Origin: Candidatus Binatia bacterium
GTDB lineage: Bacteria > Desulfobacterota > Binatia > UBA9968 > JAJDTQ01
Direction: 5' to 3'
DNA length: 64,000 nucleotides
Assembly (NCBI GenBank): GCA_963666515.2
Contig: OY762897.2
Location: 2,784,001-2,848,000 of the forward strand
Part shown: one piece after another, positions 59,401-64,000 of the stretch
Position numbering within the stretch: position 1 is the first letter of the stretch
Layout: each line of letters opens with the position of its first letter
Made by a program: the position numbers and the translations under genes
Notes under the pieces: model-generated
The model's database searches: none
What the model was told of the DNA's origin: nothing
Seen by the model: only the letters and a program-made list of their open reading frames with translations

Positions 59401-61295
59401 CGACGGCGACCCTGACCATCATCGCCAACCCCGGCGGCGCCTGGTACTACAAGGCGAACAAATCCCCGGACGACACCTGCAAGCTGGGCGGCGAGGAAAC
59501 GTCGGACACGAAGAACCTGACCGGCCTCACGCCGGCTACCAACTACACCTACAAGACGTACAGCGACAGCAACTGTTCCGCGGAGTTGCCCACGACGGCT
59601 GTGTTCCTGACCAAACCGGGTCAGGTGACGGGGGTGACGGTGACGGCTGCGCACCAGAGCCTGGGCGTGTCCTGGACGGCACTGTCAGGGACGGTGACGG
59701 GCTACAAGGTGCAGTGGAAGTCGGGCAACCACGACTACGACACGACAGAACAGAACACGGTGACGACGGGGACGACGACATCGATCACCGGGCTGTCCAA
59801 CGACGTGCAGTACACGGTGCGGGTGACGGCGTACAACGCCAGTGGCGACGGCGCACCCTCGGCCGAGGCCACCGGGGCGCCGTCGCCACTGGCGATCGCG
59901 GCGCCGGCGTGGATGGCGCGCTTCGGACGCACGGTGGCGGAGCAGGTGCTGGATGCGGTGGAGAGCCGGATGCGGACGCCGCCAGCGCTCCGGGGGGAAC
60001 TGATTCTGGCCGGCCATGGGGTCGGCGGGGACCCGGTTGCGGACGAGGAGGCCGCCCGGCTGGCGGCGTCGGTGCGGCGCCTGGCGGACCCGACGCGCCA
60101 CGAGAACGATCCGGCGGGGCGGGAGCCGGTCTCGCTGACGGAGCGGGATCTCCTGACCAGGAGCTCGTTCACGCTGGCGGGCGGCGCAGAGGGTGGACCC
60201 GCCTACGGTCTGTGGGGCCGCGCTGCGGTGTCGCGCTTCGACGGTTGGGACGGCGACCTGTCGGTCGAGGGCGACGTGACGAGCGCCCTGCTGGGGGCGG
60301 ACTGGAGGCATGGAGCGCTGACCGCCGGGCTGGTGGCGGCCCACAGCGAGGGCGACGGCGCCTACCGTGCGTCCTCGAGCAACGGCGAGGTGTCGGCGTC
60401 GCTGACGGGGTTCTATCCCTGGGGCCGGTATGCGCCGAGCGAGCGGCTGTCGCTGTGGGGGGTGGCGGGCTATGGCAGGGGCACGCAGAGGCTCAAGCCG
60501 GAAGAACGGCCCGCGGTGCGGACCGACCTCGACCTGCTGATGGCGGCCGCGGGCCTGCGCGGGACGCTGGCCGCGGCACCACGGACCGGCGGCTTCGGAC
60601 TCGCGCTGAAGACGGACGCTTTCCTGGTTCGAACGACCTCGGACAAGGCCGAAGGCGTGGCCGCGGTCAGAGCCGACGCGAACCGTCTGCGGCTGCTCCT
60701 CGAAGCATCCCGGCCGTTCAGCCTGGACCGTGTCGTGCTGATCCCGAGAGTGGAGTTGGGTCTGCGTCTCGACGGTGGAGACGCCGAGAGCGGGACGGGC
60801 GTCGAGGTCGGCGCCGGCATGGGCTACTCGGGAGAACGGGTCACCGTCGAGGGCTCGGTGCGCGGCACCGTGGCGCACGAGGACTCCGGTTACGAGAAAT
60901 GGGGCGCCAGCCTGTCCGTGCGCGTCGATCCAGGTCCGGGCGGCCGGGGGCTCTCCCTCACCCTCACCCCCTCCATGGGCGACGCCGCCAGCGGCACGGA
61001 TCGGCTGTGGTCGCAGACCGACCGCGGGACGCTCGCGCCGGACGGAGCGTTGGACGCAGGCGTTGGACGCAGGGGGCGGCTGGAGGCCGAGGTCGGCTAC
61101 GGGTTCGGCGCGCCGCGCGGTCTCGGGGTGGTGACGCCGTATGCGGGACTCGGACTCGCCGGCCAGCGGTCCTGGAAGGCCGGCGCGCGCTGGAAGGTGA
61201 GCCCGAACACGAGCCTGAGCTTCGAAGGCACGCTCCGAGAGGCGGCGGACGCGCCGGAACACGGACTGGCGCTACGGGCACAGCTACGCTGGTAG
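41460..61295 (+). CDS. Giant LRR/fibronectin type III repeat surface protein with C-terminal autotransporter-like beta-barrel (~6610 aa)
   Basis: Extended signal peptide (AASA|R); FN3 motifs (LTNGTEYTFKVRAVN); LRR array; ~25 tandem 175-aa repeats; AWMARFGRTV linker; barrel ending in W. Start codon uncertain (41451 or 41460). Confidence 0.9.
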   Translation: MRLRVPTNTHQPYDHLSGRGPAGVRAEHAASAFRRSRGLSTAALLVLVLLLAAGAASAREPTEPAAETLTAGSIEATTATLTISNHSGDWYYQYAAPTGGTCSSAVTTTSTTVSDLSANTSYTFKAYSDSSCKTELAAAAAFPTLPPKPSTPATTAGTDDGTLILSSSVTGSAPLTKWQYRQKAGAGKYGAWTDVSSTSTSLSHLLTGLTDGADYRFKVRAVNASGAGAASDASVVTPESDEVTVAAAPGTPTKPGAYSYNAAVGLSSQTSDGGAWITRWQYRYKSKPAGGSYGNYSGWINVQLTGSRFGLYLTGLTNGTEYTFKVRAVNADGAGPESPESYPVKPGYPVAPPKPTAAAANASVSLGTFVRYDGGFSIIRWQYQYKSKPAGGNYGNYGNWVNVQQAGRRMQTTVSSLTNGTEYTFKVRAVNANGNGYESPESDAVTPTAVVTLVCNRTAQVRTAIIAAVSGRSTCGAITATDLAGITGELNLESKGIASLKAGDFEGLTSVTTLDLSDNDLPSLPAGIFDQLTSLTRLELKRTGLNQLRAGVFDQLSNLTRLELGAYGGDSDNGNPLTSLPAGVFDRLSNLTRLGLQGNDLTSLPVGVFDQLTNLTNLLLSFNDLTSLPVGVFDRLTNLTNLFLSNNDLTSLPVGVFDQLTSLTYLNLSNNDLTSLPVGVFDQLTNLTSLGLRNNDLTSLPAGVFDKLTSLTYLSLYANDLTSLPAGVFDKLTNLPLLYLGNNDLTSLPAGVFDKLTSLTTLDLGHNDLTSLPAGVFDKLTNLTNLFLSGTSLTCLPGIPTSVTTLFLQKAESTYAACGGAVTVSKSSLTVLPTATATYTVVLDAEPNRYANSGTVTVTPASSDTSKATVSGALTFTSGNWSTPQTVTVTGKAVGSATISHTVSDTGGYDDATAPNVAATVAGKVLTASSITTSGATLTIAGHTGNWYYQYTAPTGGTCSSTAVTGNSTTVSDLTANTSYTFKAYSDAGCATELVAADAFPTLPPKPAKPTATAGAGSGTLTLASSVTGTAALTQWQYKQKEGTGNYDADWTDIDSTSTSLSYTLTGLTNGTNYQYKVRAKNASGNSADSDASTAAQPGAVTLTAGSVEAATATLTLGNWTGNWWLKRTTPADTTCKSKGTTATEDLTTLSSNTSYTYTAYSDSTCATELASETFLTKPGKPTTPQAASGAGSGTLVVSASVTGSGTIAKWQYKQKEGAGNFDADWTDIDSTATVLSHTLTGLTNGTDYQYKVRAENASGAGADSDASTAAQPGAVTLTAGSVEAATATLTLGNWTGNWWLKRTTPADTTCKSKGTTATEDLTTLSTNTSYTYTAYGDSTCATQLTSETFLTKPGKPTKPTATAGAGSGKLTLSASVSGDGALTKWQYKQKEGAGNYDADWTDVSGTSTSLTHVISGLTDGTNYQYKVRAENASGAGADSDASTAAQPGDKTLKASAVEATTATLTLGNHAGNWWLKRTTPADTTCKSKGTTATESLTTLSSNTSYTYKAYSNSTCATELATAIFLTKPGKPTKPTAAAGAGSGALTLSASVTGNGTPTKWQYQQKEGIGGYGAWKDIVSTSTSLSHVVRELTDGTNYQFKVRAENATGAGAESDASDAATPTDETLTASSITATGATLTIGSYTGSWYYQYTAPTGGTCSSEITGTSATVSDLTANTSYTFKAYSDYTCTTELAAASAFTTLPPKPAKPTVTAGTVADTLVLASSVTGTAALVKWQYKQKAGTGNFDTDWTDISSTSKSLSHTVTGLTSGTNYQYKVRAENASGSGAESDASTAVQPPDETLTASSVAATTATLTLGKHSGNWWLKRTTPADTNCKSKGTTATEDLTSLSTNTSYTYKAYGNNTCTTELASETFLTKPGKPTTPTATAGAGSGKLTLAASVTGGGTLTKWQYKQKEGTNNYDDDWTDINSTSTSLSYTVTGLTDGTNYQYKVRAENATGTGATSDASVAAQPLDETLTASSVEATTATLTIGNYTGNWYYQYTSPSGGTCSTSAVTTPAVDLDDLSSNTSYTYKAYGNDTCATELASETFLTKPGKPTKPTATAGAGSGKLTLTASVTGSGTLTKWQYKQKEGTGNFDDDWTDIDSTSTNLSYTLTGLTDDTDYQYKVRARNATGAGAESDASTAAQPTDETLTASNVEATTATLTLGNYAGNWWLKRTTPADTNCKSKGTTATEDLSDLSSNTSYTYKAYSDSSCANELVPATLLTKPGKPTKPTATAGSGSGRLTLAASVTGSGTLIKWQYKQKKGAGNFDADWTDIDSTSTNLSYTLTGLTDGADYQYKVRAENATGAGAESDASTAAQPLDETLTASSITTSGATLTIGNHPGSWYYKQTAPTTGDCSTEITGTSTTVSDLTANTSYTFKAYSDTGCETELAAASAFPTLPPKPSKPTATAGVGSGKLTLTASVTGTATLTRWQYKQKKDNGNYGSWQDISGTSTSLSHVLSGLTNSSAYQYKVRAENASGAGAESDASVAAKPGTVPKMGTPTLTGGNKRISVSWTHPTGVTGLQAYRIRYRKKGTSTWTYADARSDNGHQNYYANQTSATLPAHEDFTMQDGTTYQVEIRAGKWNDGYSGWGAWSDTAEALTTKLTASDVEATTATLTLTGHSGNWYYKYTSPSGGTCSTSAVTTPAKDLADLSSNTSYTYKAYSDSGCSSNKELATAPAFLTKPGKPTKPTATAGAGSGKLTLAASVTGSGTLAKWQYKQKKGSGNYDDDWTDIDSTSTNLSYTLTGLTDGTNYQYKVRARNATGAGATSDASTAAQPTDETLTASSVEAATATLTLGNYTGNWWLKRTTPADTTCKSKGTTATEDLTTLSSNTSYTYKAYSDDTCATELKSATFLTKPGKPTKPTATAGAGSGKLTLAASVTGSGTLAKWQYKQKKGGGNYDDDWTDINSTSTSLSYTLTGLTDGTNYQYKVRARNATGAGAESDTSTAAQPLDETLTASSVEAATATLTLGNYTGNWWLKRTTPADTTCKSKGTTATEDLTTLSSNTSYTYKAYSNDTCATELKSATFLTKPGKPTKPTATAGAGSGKLTLAASVTGSGTLAKWQYKQKKGSGNYDDDWTDINSTSTSLSHVVTGLTDGTNYQYKVRARNATGAGATSDASTAAQPLDETLTASSVEAATATLTLGNYTGNWWLKRTTPADTTCKSKGTTATEDLTTLSSNTSYTFKAYSDDTCATELKSATFLTKPGKPTKPTATAGAGSGKLTLAASVTGSGTLAKWQYKQKKGGGNYDDDWTDINSTSTNLSYTLTGLTDGTNYQYKVRARNATGAGATSDASTAAQPLDETLTASSVEAATATLTLGNYTGNWWLKRTTPADTTCKSKGTTATEDLTTLSSNTSYTFKAYSDDTCATELKSATFLTKPGKPTKPTATAGAGSGKLTLAASVTGSGTLAKWQYKQKKGGGNYDDDWTDINSTSTNLSYTLTGLTDGTNYQYKVRARNATGAGAESDASTAAQPLDETLTASSVEAATATLTLGNYTGNWWLKRTTPADTTCKSKGTTATEDLTTLSSNTSYTFKAYSDSNCATELLASETFLTKPGKPTKPTATSGAGSGKLTLAASVTGSGTLKKWQYKQKEGGGNFDDDWTDIDSTSTSLSYTLTGLTDGTDYQYKVRAENATGAGATSDASVAAQPANETLTASSVAATTATLTIGNYTGNWWLKRTTPADTNCKSKGTTATEDLTTLSSNTSYTYKAYSNSTCATELASETFLTKPGKPTKPTATSGAGSGKLTLAASVTGSGTLAKWQYKQKKGGGNFDDDWTDINSTSTSLSHTITGLTDGADYQYKVRAENTTGAGAESDASTAAQPLDETLTASSVAATTATLTIGNYGGEWYYKHTSPSSGSCSSSAVTTSAVDLEDLSSNTSYTYKAYSNNTCTTELAAAPAFLTKPGKPTKPTATAGAGSGKLTLAASVTGSGTLAKWQYKQKKGSGNFDDDWTDISSTSTSLSHTITGLTDGADYQYKVRARNATGAGADSDASTAAQPLDETLTASSVEAATATLTLGNYTGNWWLKRTTPADTTCKSKGTTATEDLTTLSSNTSYTYKAYSDDTCATELAAETFLTKPGKPTKPTATAGAGSGKLTLAASVTGSGTLAKWQYKQKKGGGNFDDDWTDINSTSTSLSYTLTGLTGGANYQYKVRAENATGAGAESDASVAAQPANETLTASSVEAATATLTLGNYTGNWWLKRTTPADTNCKSKGTTATESLTTLSSNTSYTYKAYSDNTCATELASETFLTKPGKPTKPTATSGAGSGKLTLAASVTGNGTLAKWQYKQKKGGGNFDDDWTDIDSTSTNLSHTLTGLTGGTNYQYKVRAENATGAGAESDASVAAQPANETLTASSVEAATATLTLGNYTGNWWLKRTTPADTNCKSKGTTATESLSDLSSNTSYTYKAYSNNTCATELAAETFLTKPGKPTKPTATSGAGSGKLTLAASVTGSGTLAKWQYKQKKGGGNFDDDWTDIDSTSTNLSHTLTGLTDGTNYQYKVRAENATGAGAESDASVAAQPANETLTASSVTATTATLTLGNYTGNWWLKRTTPADTNCKSKGTTATESLTTLSSNTSYTYKAYGNSTCATELAAETFLTKPGKPTKPTATAGAGSGKLTLAASVTGSSTLKKWQYKQKKGGGNFDDDWTDINSTSTSLSHTITGLTDGADYQYKVRTENATGAGAESDASTAAQPGAVTLTASSVEAAIATLTIGKHSGNWWLKRTTPADTNCKSKGTTATEDLTTLSSNTNYTYKAYSNSTCATELAAETFLTKPGKPAKPTATSGAGSGKLTLAASVTGSGTLAKWQYKQKKDGGNFDDDWTDINSTSTSLSHTITGLTDGADYQYKVRAENATGNGAESDASVAAQPANETLTASSVEAATATLTLGNYTGNWWLKRTTPADTNCKSKGTTATEDLSDLSSNTSYTYKAYSNNTCATELAAETFLTKPGKPTKPTATSGAGSGKLTLAASVTGSGTLAKWQYKQKKGGGNFDDDWTDINSTSTNLSYTLTGLTGGTNYQYKVRAENATGAGAESDASVAAQPANETLTASSVEAATATLTLGNYTGNWWLKRTTPADTNCKSKGTTATESLSDLSSNTSYTYKAYSNNTCATELAAETFLTKPGKPTKPTATSGAGSGKLTLAASVTGSGTLAKWQYKQKKGGGNFDDDWTDINSTSTNLSYTLTGLTGGANYQYKVRAENATGAGAESDASVAAQPANETLTASSVEAATATLTLGNYTGNWWLKRTTPADTNCKSKGTTATESLSDLSSNTSYTYKAYSNNTCATELAAETFLTKPGKPTKPTATSGAGSGKLTLAASVTGSGTLAKWQYKQKKGGGNFDDDWTDISSTSTSLSHTITGLTDGADYQYKVRAENATGAGAESDASDAEQPSSVLRGFTFSSTAVTVPEKSTATYTVKLATKPTADVTVTVARKTGSGHDTDLTVDTDIDTPGNQSTLTFTTTNWNTAQTVTLAAAEDADIVHGTATIGHTATGGGYANVTGEVVATELDASGNREETQQPVTREPEAPSMPTVTAKHESLAVSWTAPPTNGFAITGYAVQYRACTATDRTCASNPTWGDWTSLTHTGTATTATIGSLTNGTAYQVHVRAKSAAGDSGWSAPGQAVPEVQEPEAPSMPTVTAKHESLAVSWTAPPTNGSAITGYAVQYRAYTATGRIRASNSTWGDWTSLTHTGTATTATIDSLTNGTAYQVRVRAESAAGDSRWSASGQAVPEVQEPEAPSMPTVTAKHESLAVSWTAPPTNGSAITGYAVQYRAYTATGRIRASNPTWGDWTSLTHTGTATTATIGSLTNGTAYQVRVRAESAAGNSRWSAPVHAVPEAQEPEAPSMPTVTAKHESLAVSWTAPPTNGSAITGYAVQYRACTATGRICASNPTWGDWTSLTHTGTATTATIGSLTNGTAYQVRVRAESAAGDSGWSAPRQAVPEAVKLTVSAVEATTATLTIIANPGGAWYYKANKSPDDTCKLGGEETSDTKNLTGLTPATNYTYKTYSDSNCSAELPTTAVFLTKPGQVTGVTVTAAHQSLGVSWTALSGTVTGYKVQWKSGNHDYDTTEQNTVTTGTTTSITGLSNDVQYTVRVTAYNASGDGAPSAEATGAPSPLAIAAPAWMARFGRTVAEQVLDAVESRMRTPPALRGELILAGHGVGGDPVADEEAARLAASVRRLADPTRHENDPAGREPVSLTERDLLTRSSFTLAGGAEGGPAYGLWGRAAVSRFDGWDGDLSVEGDVTSALLGADWRHGALTAGLVAAHSEGDGAYRASSSNGEVSASLTGFYPWGRYAPSERLSLWGVAGYGRGTQRLKPEERPAVRTDLDLLMAAAGLRGTLAAAPRTGGFGLALKTDAFLVRTTSDKAEGVAAVRADANRLRLLLEASRPFSLDRVVLIPRVELGLRLDGGDAESGTGVEVGAGMGYSGERVTVEGSVRGTVAHEDSGYEKWGASLSVRVDPGPGGRGLSLTLTPSMGDAASGTDRLWSQTDRGTLAPDGALDAGVGRRGRLEAEVGYGFGAPRGLGVVTPYAGLGLAGQRSWKAGARWKVSPNTSLSFEGTLREAADAPEHGLALRAQLRW
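42981..43860 (+). repeat. 72-bp tandem repeats encoding ~12 24-aa LRRs (LTxLTxLxLxxNDLTSLPAGVFDK)
   Basis: Near-identical DNA framework AACGATCTGACCAGCCTGCCTGCAGGCGTGTTCGAC repeated every 72 bp. Confidence 0.93.
44236..57700 (+). repeat. ~25 tandem ~525-bp repeats (Cys-pair module plus FN3 module)
   Basis: 175-aa periodicity in the translation and ~525-bp spacing of the shadow ORFs; interrupted once at ~48960-49290. Confidence 0.9.
58100..59370 (+). repeat. Four tandem 318-bp FN3 repeats
   Basis: EPEAPSMPTVTAKHESLAVSW begins at ~58100, 58418, 58736 and 59054. Confidence 0.9.
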
Positions 61296-62777
61296 CCGAG
61301 CGGGCGGGTCGCCGTCCGGCGGCGAGGTTGCCGGGCTCCCGCCGGGGCTGGCGAAGCGGTCGTTCAAGGCCTGGACGTAGCCGTTGGCCTCGGTGATCAC
61401 CTGGGAGAGCTGCCGGCGCGTGCTCTGGTTCCAGCCGGCAGGATGGCCCGCGAACACGTTCCGCCACGGGCTCGTGTTCCTGCGGAACCCGGCCGTGAGA
61501 GCGGCCAGCACCTCGGTGTCGCGGGCCTCTCCCAGTTCCCGTCCGAGCCGTCTCACCACCCGGTTGGCGACGAGCCGGCGGAAGGAGTGATGGAGGTAGC
61601 CCGCGGCCAGCGCGGCCACCGCCAGCGCGGCGTACCGCCATACCGGCTCCGTCCACAGCCCGGACCAGAAGGGATGGGTGAGCCGCAGGCCGTTCCATTC
61701 GCCGGTCCACAGGGTCCATGCCGCCAGGGCGGCCAGGACCGCGCCGAAGGCGATGCCGTCCAGCCGCCGGACCCGGCGGCGCCACTCCGTGATCATCGCC
61801 TGCAGGCGGGGGACCAGCCGCAGCTCGATGTCGCGGGCGCCGTGCTCCAGCACTCCCATGACGCGGTAGGCGCGGTCCACTTCCACCTGGCGGATGCGGC
61901 CGTGTATCTCGGCCAGGTCGAAGTCGCGCTTCTGCTCGAAGCGCGCGCGCACGCCCTCGTCCTCGATGGCGATGGCCGCTCCCGGACTGTAGATGCAGTA
62001 GAACCGTCCGGCGGTGAGTCCCTTCTGCGCCAGCGCCCGCTGCCACGAACCCACGATGTCTTCCGGGTTGTTCTCCCGCGAGGTGTGGTCCATCTGGTTC
62101 AGCACGTAGAGGAACTTGCTGGAGTCGGTCCGGTGAATGGTCTCCGCCACCAGGTGCTGCAGGGTGTCCTGCATGGTGCCGGGCTCGGGGTGCCTGGCGT
62201 CGAAGAACACCAGCACCAGATCCGACAGGTCGATGATGCGGTCGGTGACCCGCAACGTCGCCGTGCGCTGCTGATCGGCGTCGAAGCCGGGCGAGTCGAT
62301 GAAGATCCTGCCCCGCAGGGCCTCGCTGGAGCAGGTCTTGAGCTGGAGGTAGGCGTCGATGCGGCTTCCCTCGCCGGCGCTGATCTCCTCGATGGCCCGG
62401 CTCATCTTGTAGAACGGAAAGCGCGGGTCGGCGTCCAGGGCCACCCCGGGAAGCACGCGCACGTCGTCCTCCTTGCCGAAGCAGAGGACCGTGAACCGGT
62501 CGTCCACGGCCTGGTTGCCGGTGGGCTGCAACGCCTGCCCCAGGAAATCGTTGATGAAGGTGGACTTGCCCGACGAGTAGGTCCCCAGCACCGCCACCAG
62601 CGGCCACCACGGGATGCGCGTGGCGTGGGATTCGTCAGCGCCCAGGAACCCCAGCCGGCGCGAGATGGCGTCGAGCTTGCGGAAGCTGCCGACCGCGCTC
62701 AGGAGAACGGGGTTCTCCGTGCGGAGGTGGTCCTCCAGGCTCCTGAGCCTCGCTTCCAGTTCAGCGGGTACCGCCAT
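61284..62777 (-). CDS. Dynamin/EHD-like P-loop GTPase with C-terminal membrane helices
   Basis: G1 GTYSSGKS, G2-region TGNQAVDDRFT, G3 IDSPG, G4-like LNQMD; two hydrophobic segments near the C-terminus. Confidence 0.8.
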   Translation of the reverse strand: MAVPAELEARLRSLEDHLRTENPVLLSAVGSFRKLDAISRRLGFLGADESHATRIPWWPLVAVLGTYSSGKSTFINDFLGQALQPTGNQAVDDRFTVLCFGKEDDVRVLPGVALDADPRFPFYKMSRAIEEISAGEGSRIDAYLQLKTCSSEALRGRIFIDSPGFDADQQRTATLRVTDRIIDLSDLVLVFFDARHPEPGTMQDTLQHLVAETIHRTDSSKFLYVLNQMDHTSRENNPEDIVGSWQRALAQKGLTAGRFYCIYSPGAAIAIEDEGVRARFEQKRDFDLAEIHGRIRQVEVDRAYRVMGVLEHGARDIELRLVPRLQAMITEWRRRVRRLDGIAFGAVLAALAAWTLWTGEWNGLRLTHPFWSGLWTEPVWRYAALAVAALAAGYLHHSFRRLVANRVVRRLGRELGEARDTEVLAALTAGFRRNTSPWRNVFAGHPAGWNQSTRRQLSQVITEANGYVQALNDRFASPGGSPATSPPDGDPPARLPA

Positions 62778-62798
62778 GGCTTCCCCTTCCGGCCTCGC

Positions 62799-63809
62799 CT
62801 ACGCGCCGGGCGCGTCCGCGCCGGCGGCGGCCAGCCGCTGCAACGCGCGCGTGACGTAGACGCGGGTCATGCGTTTCCGATACCAGTAGTCCATGTCGGC
62901 GTTGTCCAGCGGATGGGACACGCGCATGGCCAGTTCCGCGGCCTCCTCAATGGAAGGGGCGTCCACGGGCTTGCCGCACAGCACCCCGGGCGCGTCCTCC
63001 ACCACCTTGGGCGCCGACGCCACCGCGGTGAGGACGACCTTGGCGCCCTCGCAGGCCCCGGACGCGCCGATCCGCAGCGCCGCGGCCACCCCCAGCACGG
63101 GGAAGTCGAAGGAGCCCCGGCGGCGCAGCTTGAGGTAGACGTTGCGCCAGCCGAAGGAGGCCTCCGGGATCCATACGCCCTGGAGCAACTCCGCGGGCCG
63201 TTTGGTGAGGTAGTCGATGCCGTCGTCGCGGTACAGGGTGTCCAGCGGGACCCGGCGGCTGCCCTCCGCGCTCACCAGGACGGCCTCGGCCCCCAGGCTG
63301 CTGAGCACCGGCGCGGTGTCCGACGAGCAGATGGCCAGGCAGACCCGGCTCTTGGGCGCCACCAGGCAGATGTCGCCGTCCTTCTTGAGGCAGAAGCCCA
63401 CGGCTTGGCGCCAGAAGAACGACTGGTCGTAGTAGTTGCAGCGGGTGTCCACGAACAGGTTGCCGCCGATGGTGCCGGCGTTGCGGAGCTGGAGCGTCGA
63501 GACCAGTCCGGCCGCGTCGGACAGCGCGGGGAAGGCCCGGCGCACCGTCTCGTGGCCGGCCACCGCGCTCAGGGTCTCGCCGGCGCCGATCCACAGCCCG
63601 CGGCCCTGCTCCCGGCGGATGCCCCGGTGCTCCTCGACACGGCCCAGCGACACCAGGTAGCGCGGCGTGAACTGCCCCCGCTTCATCTTGGGATAGACGT
63701 CGGTGCCGCCGGCCACGGCCATGGCCTCCGGACCCAATTCCCCCAGCACCCTCGACGCCTCCGCCAGGGTGCGGGGCCTGACATAGGTGAAATCCGGCAG
63801 TCGCAGCAT
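62799..63809 (-). CDS. hcrB: Xanthine-dehydrogenase-family FAD subunit with [4Fe-4S] insert (4-hydroxybenzoyl-CoA reductase beta-like)
   Basis: VAGGTD, QLRNAGTIGGNL, Cys cluster RCNYY...FCLKKDGDIC...VC, YLKLRRRGSFDFP. Confidence 0.75.
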   Translation of the reverse strand: MLRLPDFTYVRPRTLAEASRVLGELGPEAMAVAGGTDVYPKMKRGQFTPRYLVSLGRVEEHRGIRREQGRGLWIGAGETLSAVAGHETVRRAFPALSDAAGLVSTLQLRNAGTIGGNLFVDTRCNYYDQSFFWRQAVGFCLKKDGDICLVAPKSRVCLAICSSDTAPVLSSLGAEAVLVSAEGSRRVPLDTLYRDDGIDYLTKRPAELLQGVWIPEASFGWRNVYLKLRRRGSFDFPVLGVAAALRIGASGACEGAKVVLTAVASAPKVVEDAPGVLCGKPVDAPSIEEAAELAMRVSHPLDNADMDYWYRKRMTRVYVTRALQRLAAAGADAPGA

Positions 63810-63837
63810 CAATTCGTCTCGTAACGAGGAATCGAAC

Positions 63838-63941
63838 CGTCCTTCGACTTCGCGACGCTTCGCGTCGCTACGCTCAGGACGAACGGAGAAAGACTATCAC
63901 AACCGTTCGTCCTGAGCGTAGCGTAGCGAAGTCGAAGGACG
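63838..63941. repeat. Inverted pair of REP-like elements (REPIN-like hairpin)
   Basis: CGTCCTTCGACTTCG...CTACGCTCAGGACGAACGG (63838-63886) and the inverted copy CCGTTCGTCCTGAGCGTAG...CGAAGTCGAAGGACG (63903-63941). Confidence 0.85.
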
Positions 63942-63945
63942 CCGC

Positions 63946-64000
63946 CTAGCTCTTCTGCGGCACCTCGACCCCTTCGCCGGGAGCCCAGCGGATGGGCGTG
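63946..64000 (-). CDS. 3' end of the upstream gene (possibly the molybdopterin subunit of the same enzyme)
   Basis: Frame ...TPIRWAPGEGVEVPQKS* ends at TAG 63948-63946. Identity is inferred from context only. Confidence 0.35.
   Translation of the reverse strand, partial: TPIRWAPGEGVEVPQKS

Overview
High-GC bacterial window; gene content suggests a deltaproteobacterial/Binatota-like organism and the Calx-beta, FN3 and eukaryote-like LRR repertoire is typical of marine sponge symbionts (both inferences). Left arm (1-10.2 kb) is accessory. It holds a divergent ECF-like sigma factor followed by two small secreted-peptide genes and a TPR gene; a nested mobile-element complex (IS3 element A > group II intron > remnant of a second intron > IS3 element B > second copy of the first intron, collapsed by deletion); and an AT-richer YHYH-peptide/response-regulator/histidine-kinase block. 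Housekeeping genes (CPA2 antiporter, ppgK, CHAD, ParA-like, HU, treT, DUF502, dynamin-like GTPase, hcrB-like) are interleaved with three giant surface proteins (about 4055, 3110 and 6610 aa, about 41 kb in total). All three share an 'AW(L/M)ARFGRTV' linker and an unusually long autotransporter-like C-terminal beta-barrel region. The two Calx-beta paralogs share a near-identical ~3.8 kb 3' region and a duplicated sigma54/IHF/enhancer promoter. The third carries a VLR-like LRR array that varies mainly at concave-face codons, on a stalk of about 25 tandem 525-bp repeats. No CRISPR array, rRNA or tRNA was recognised.
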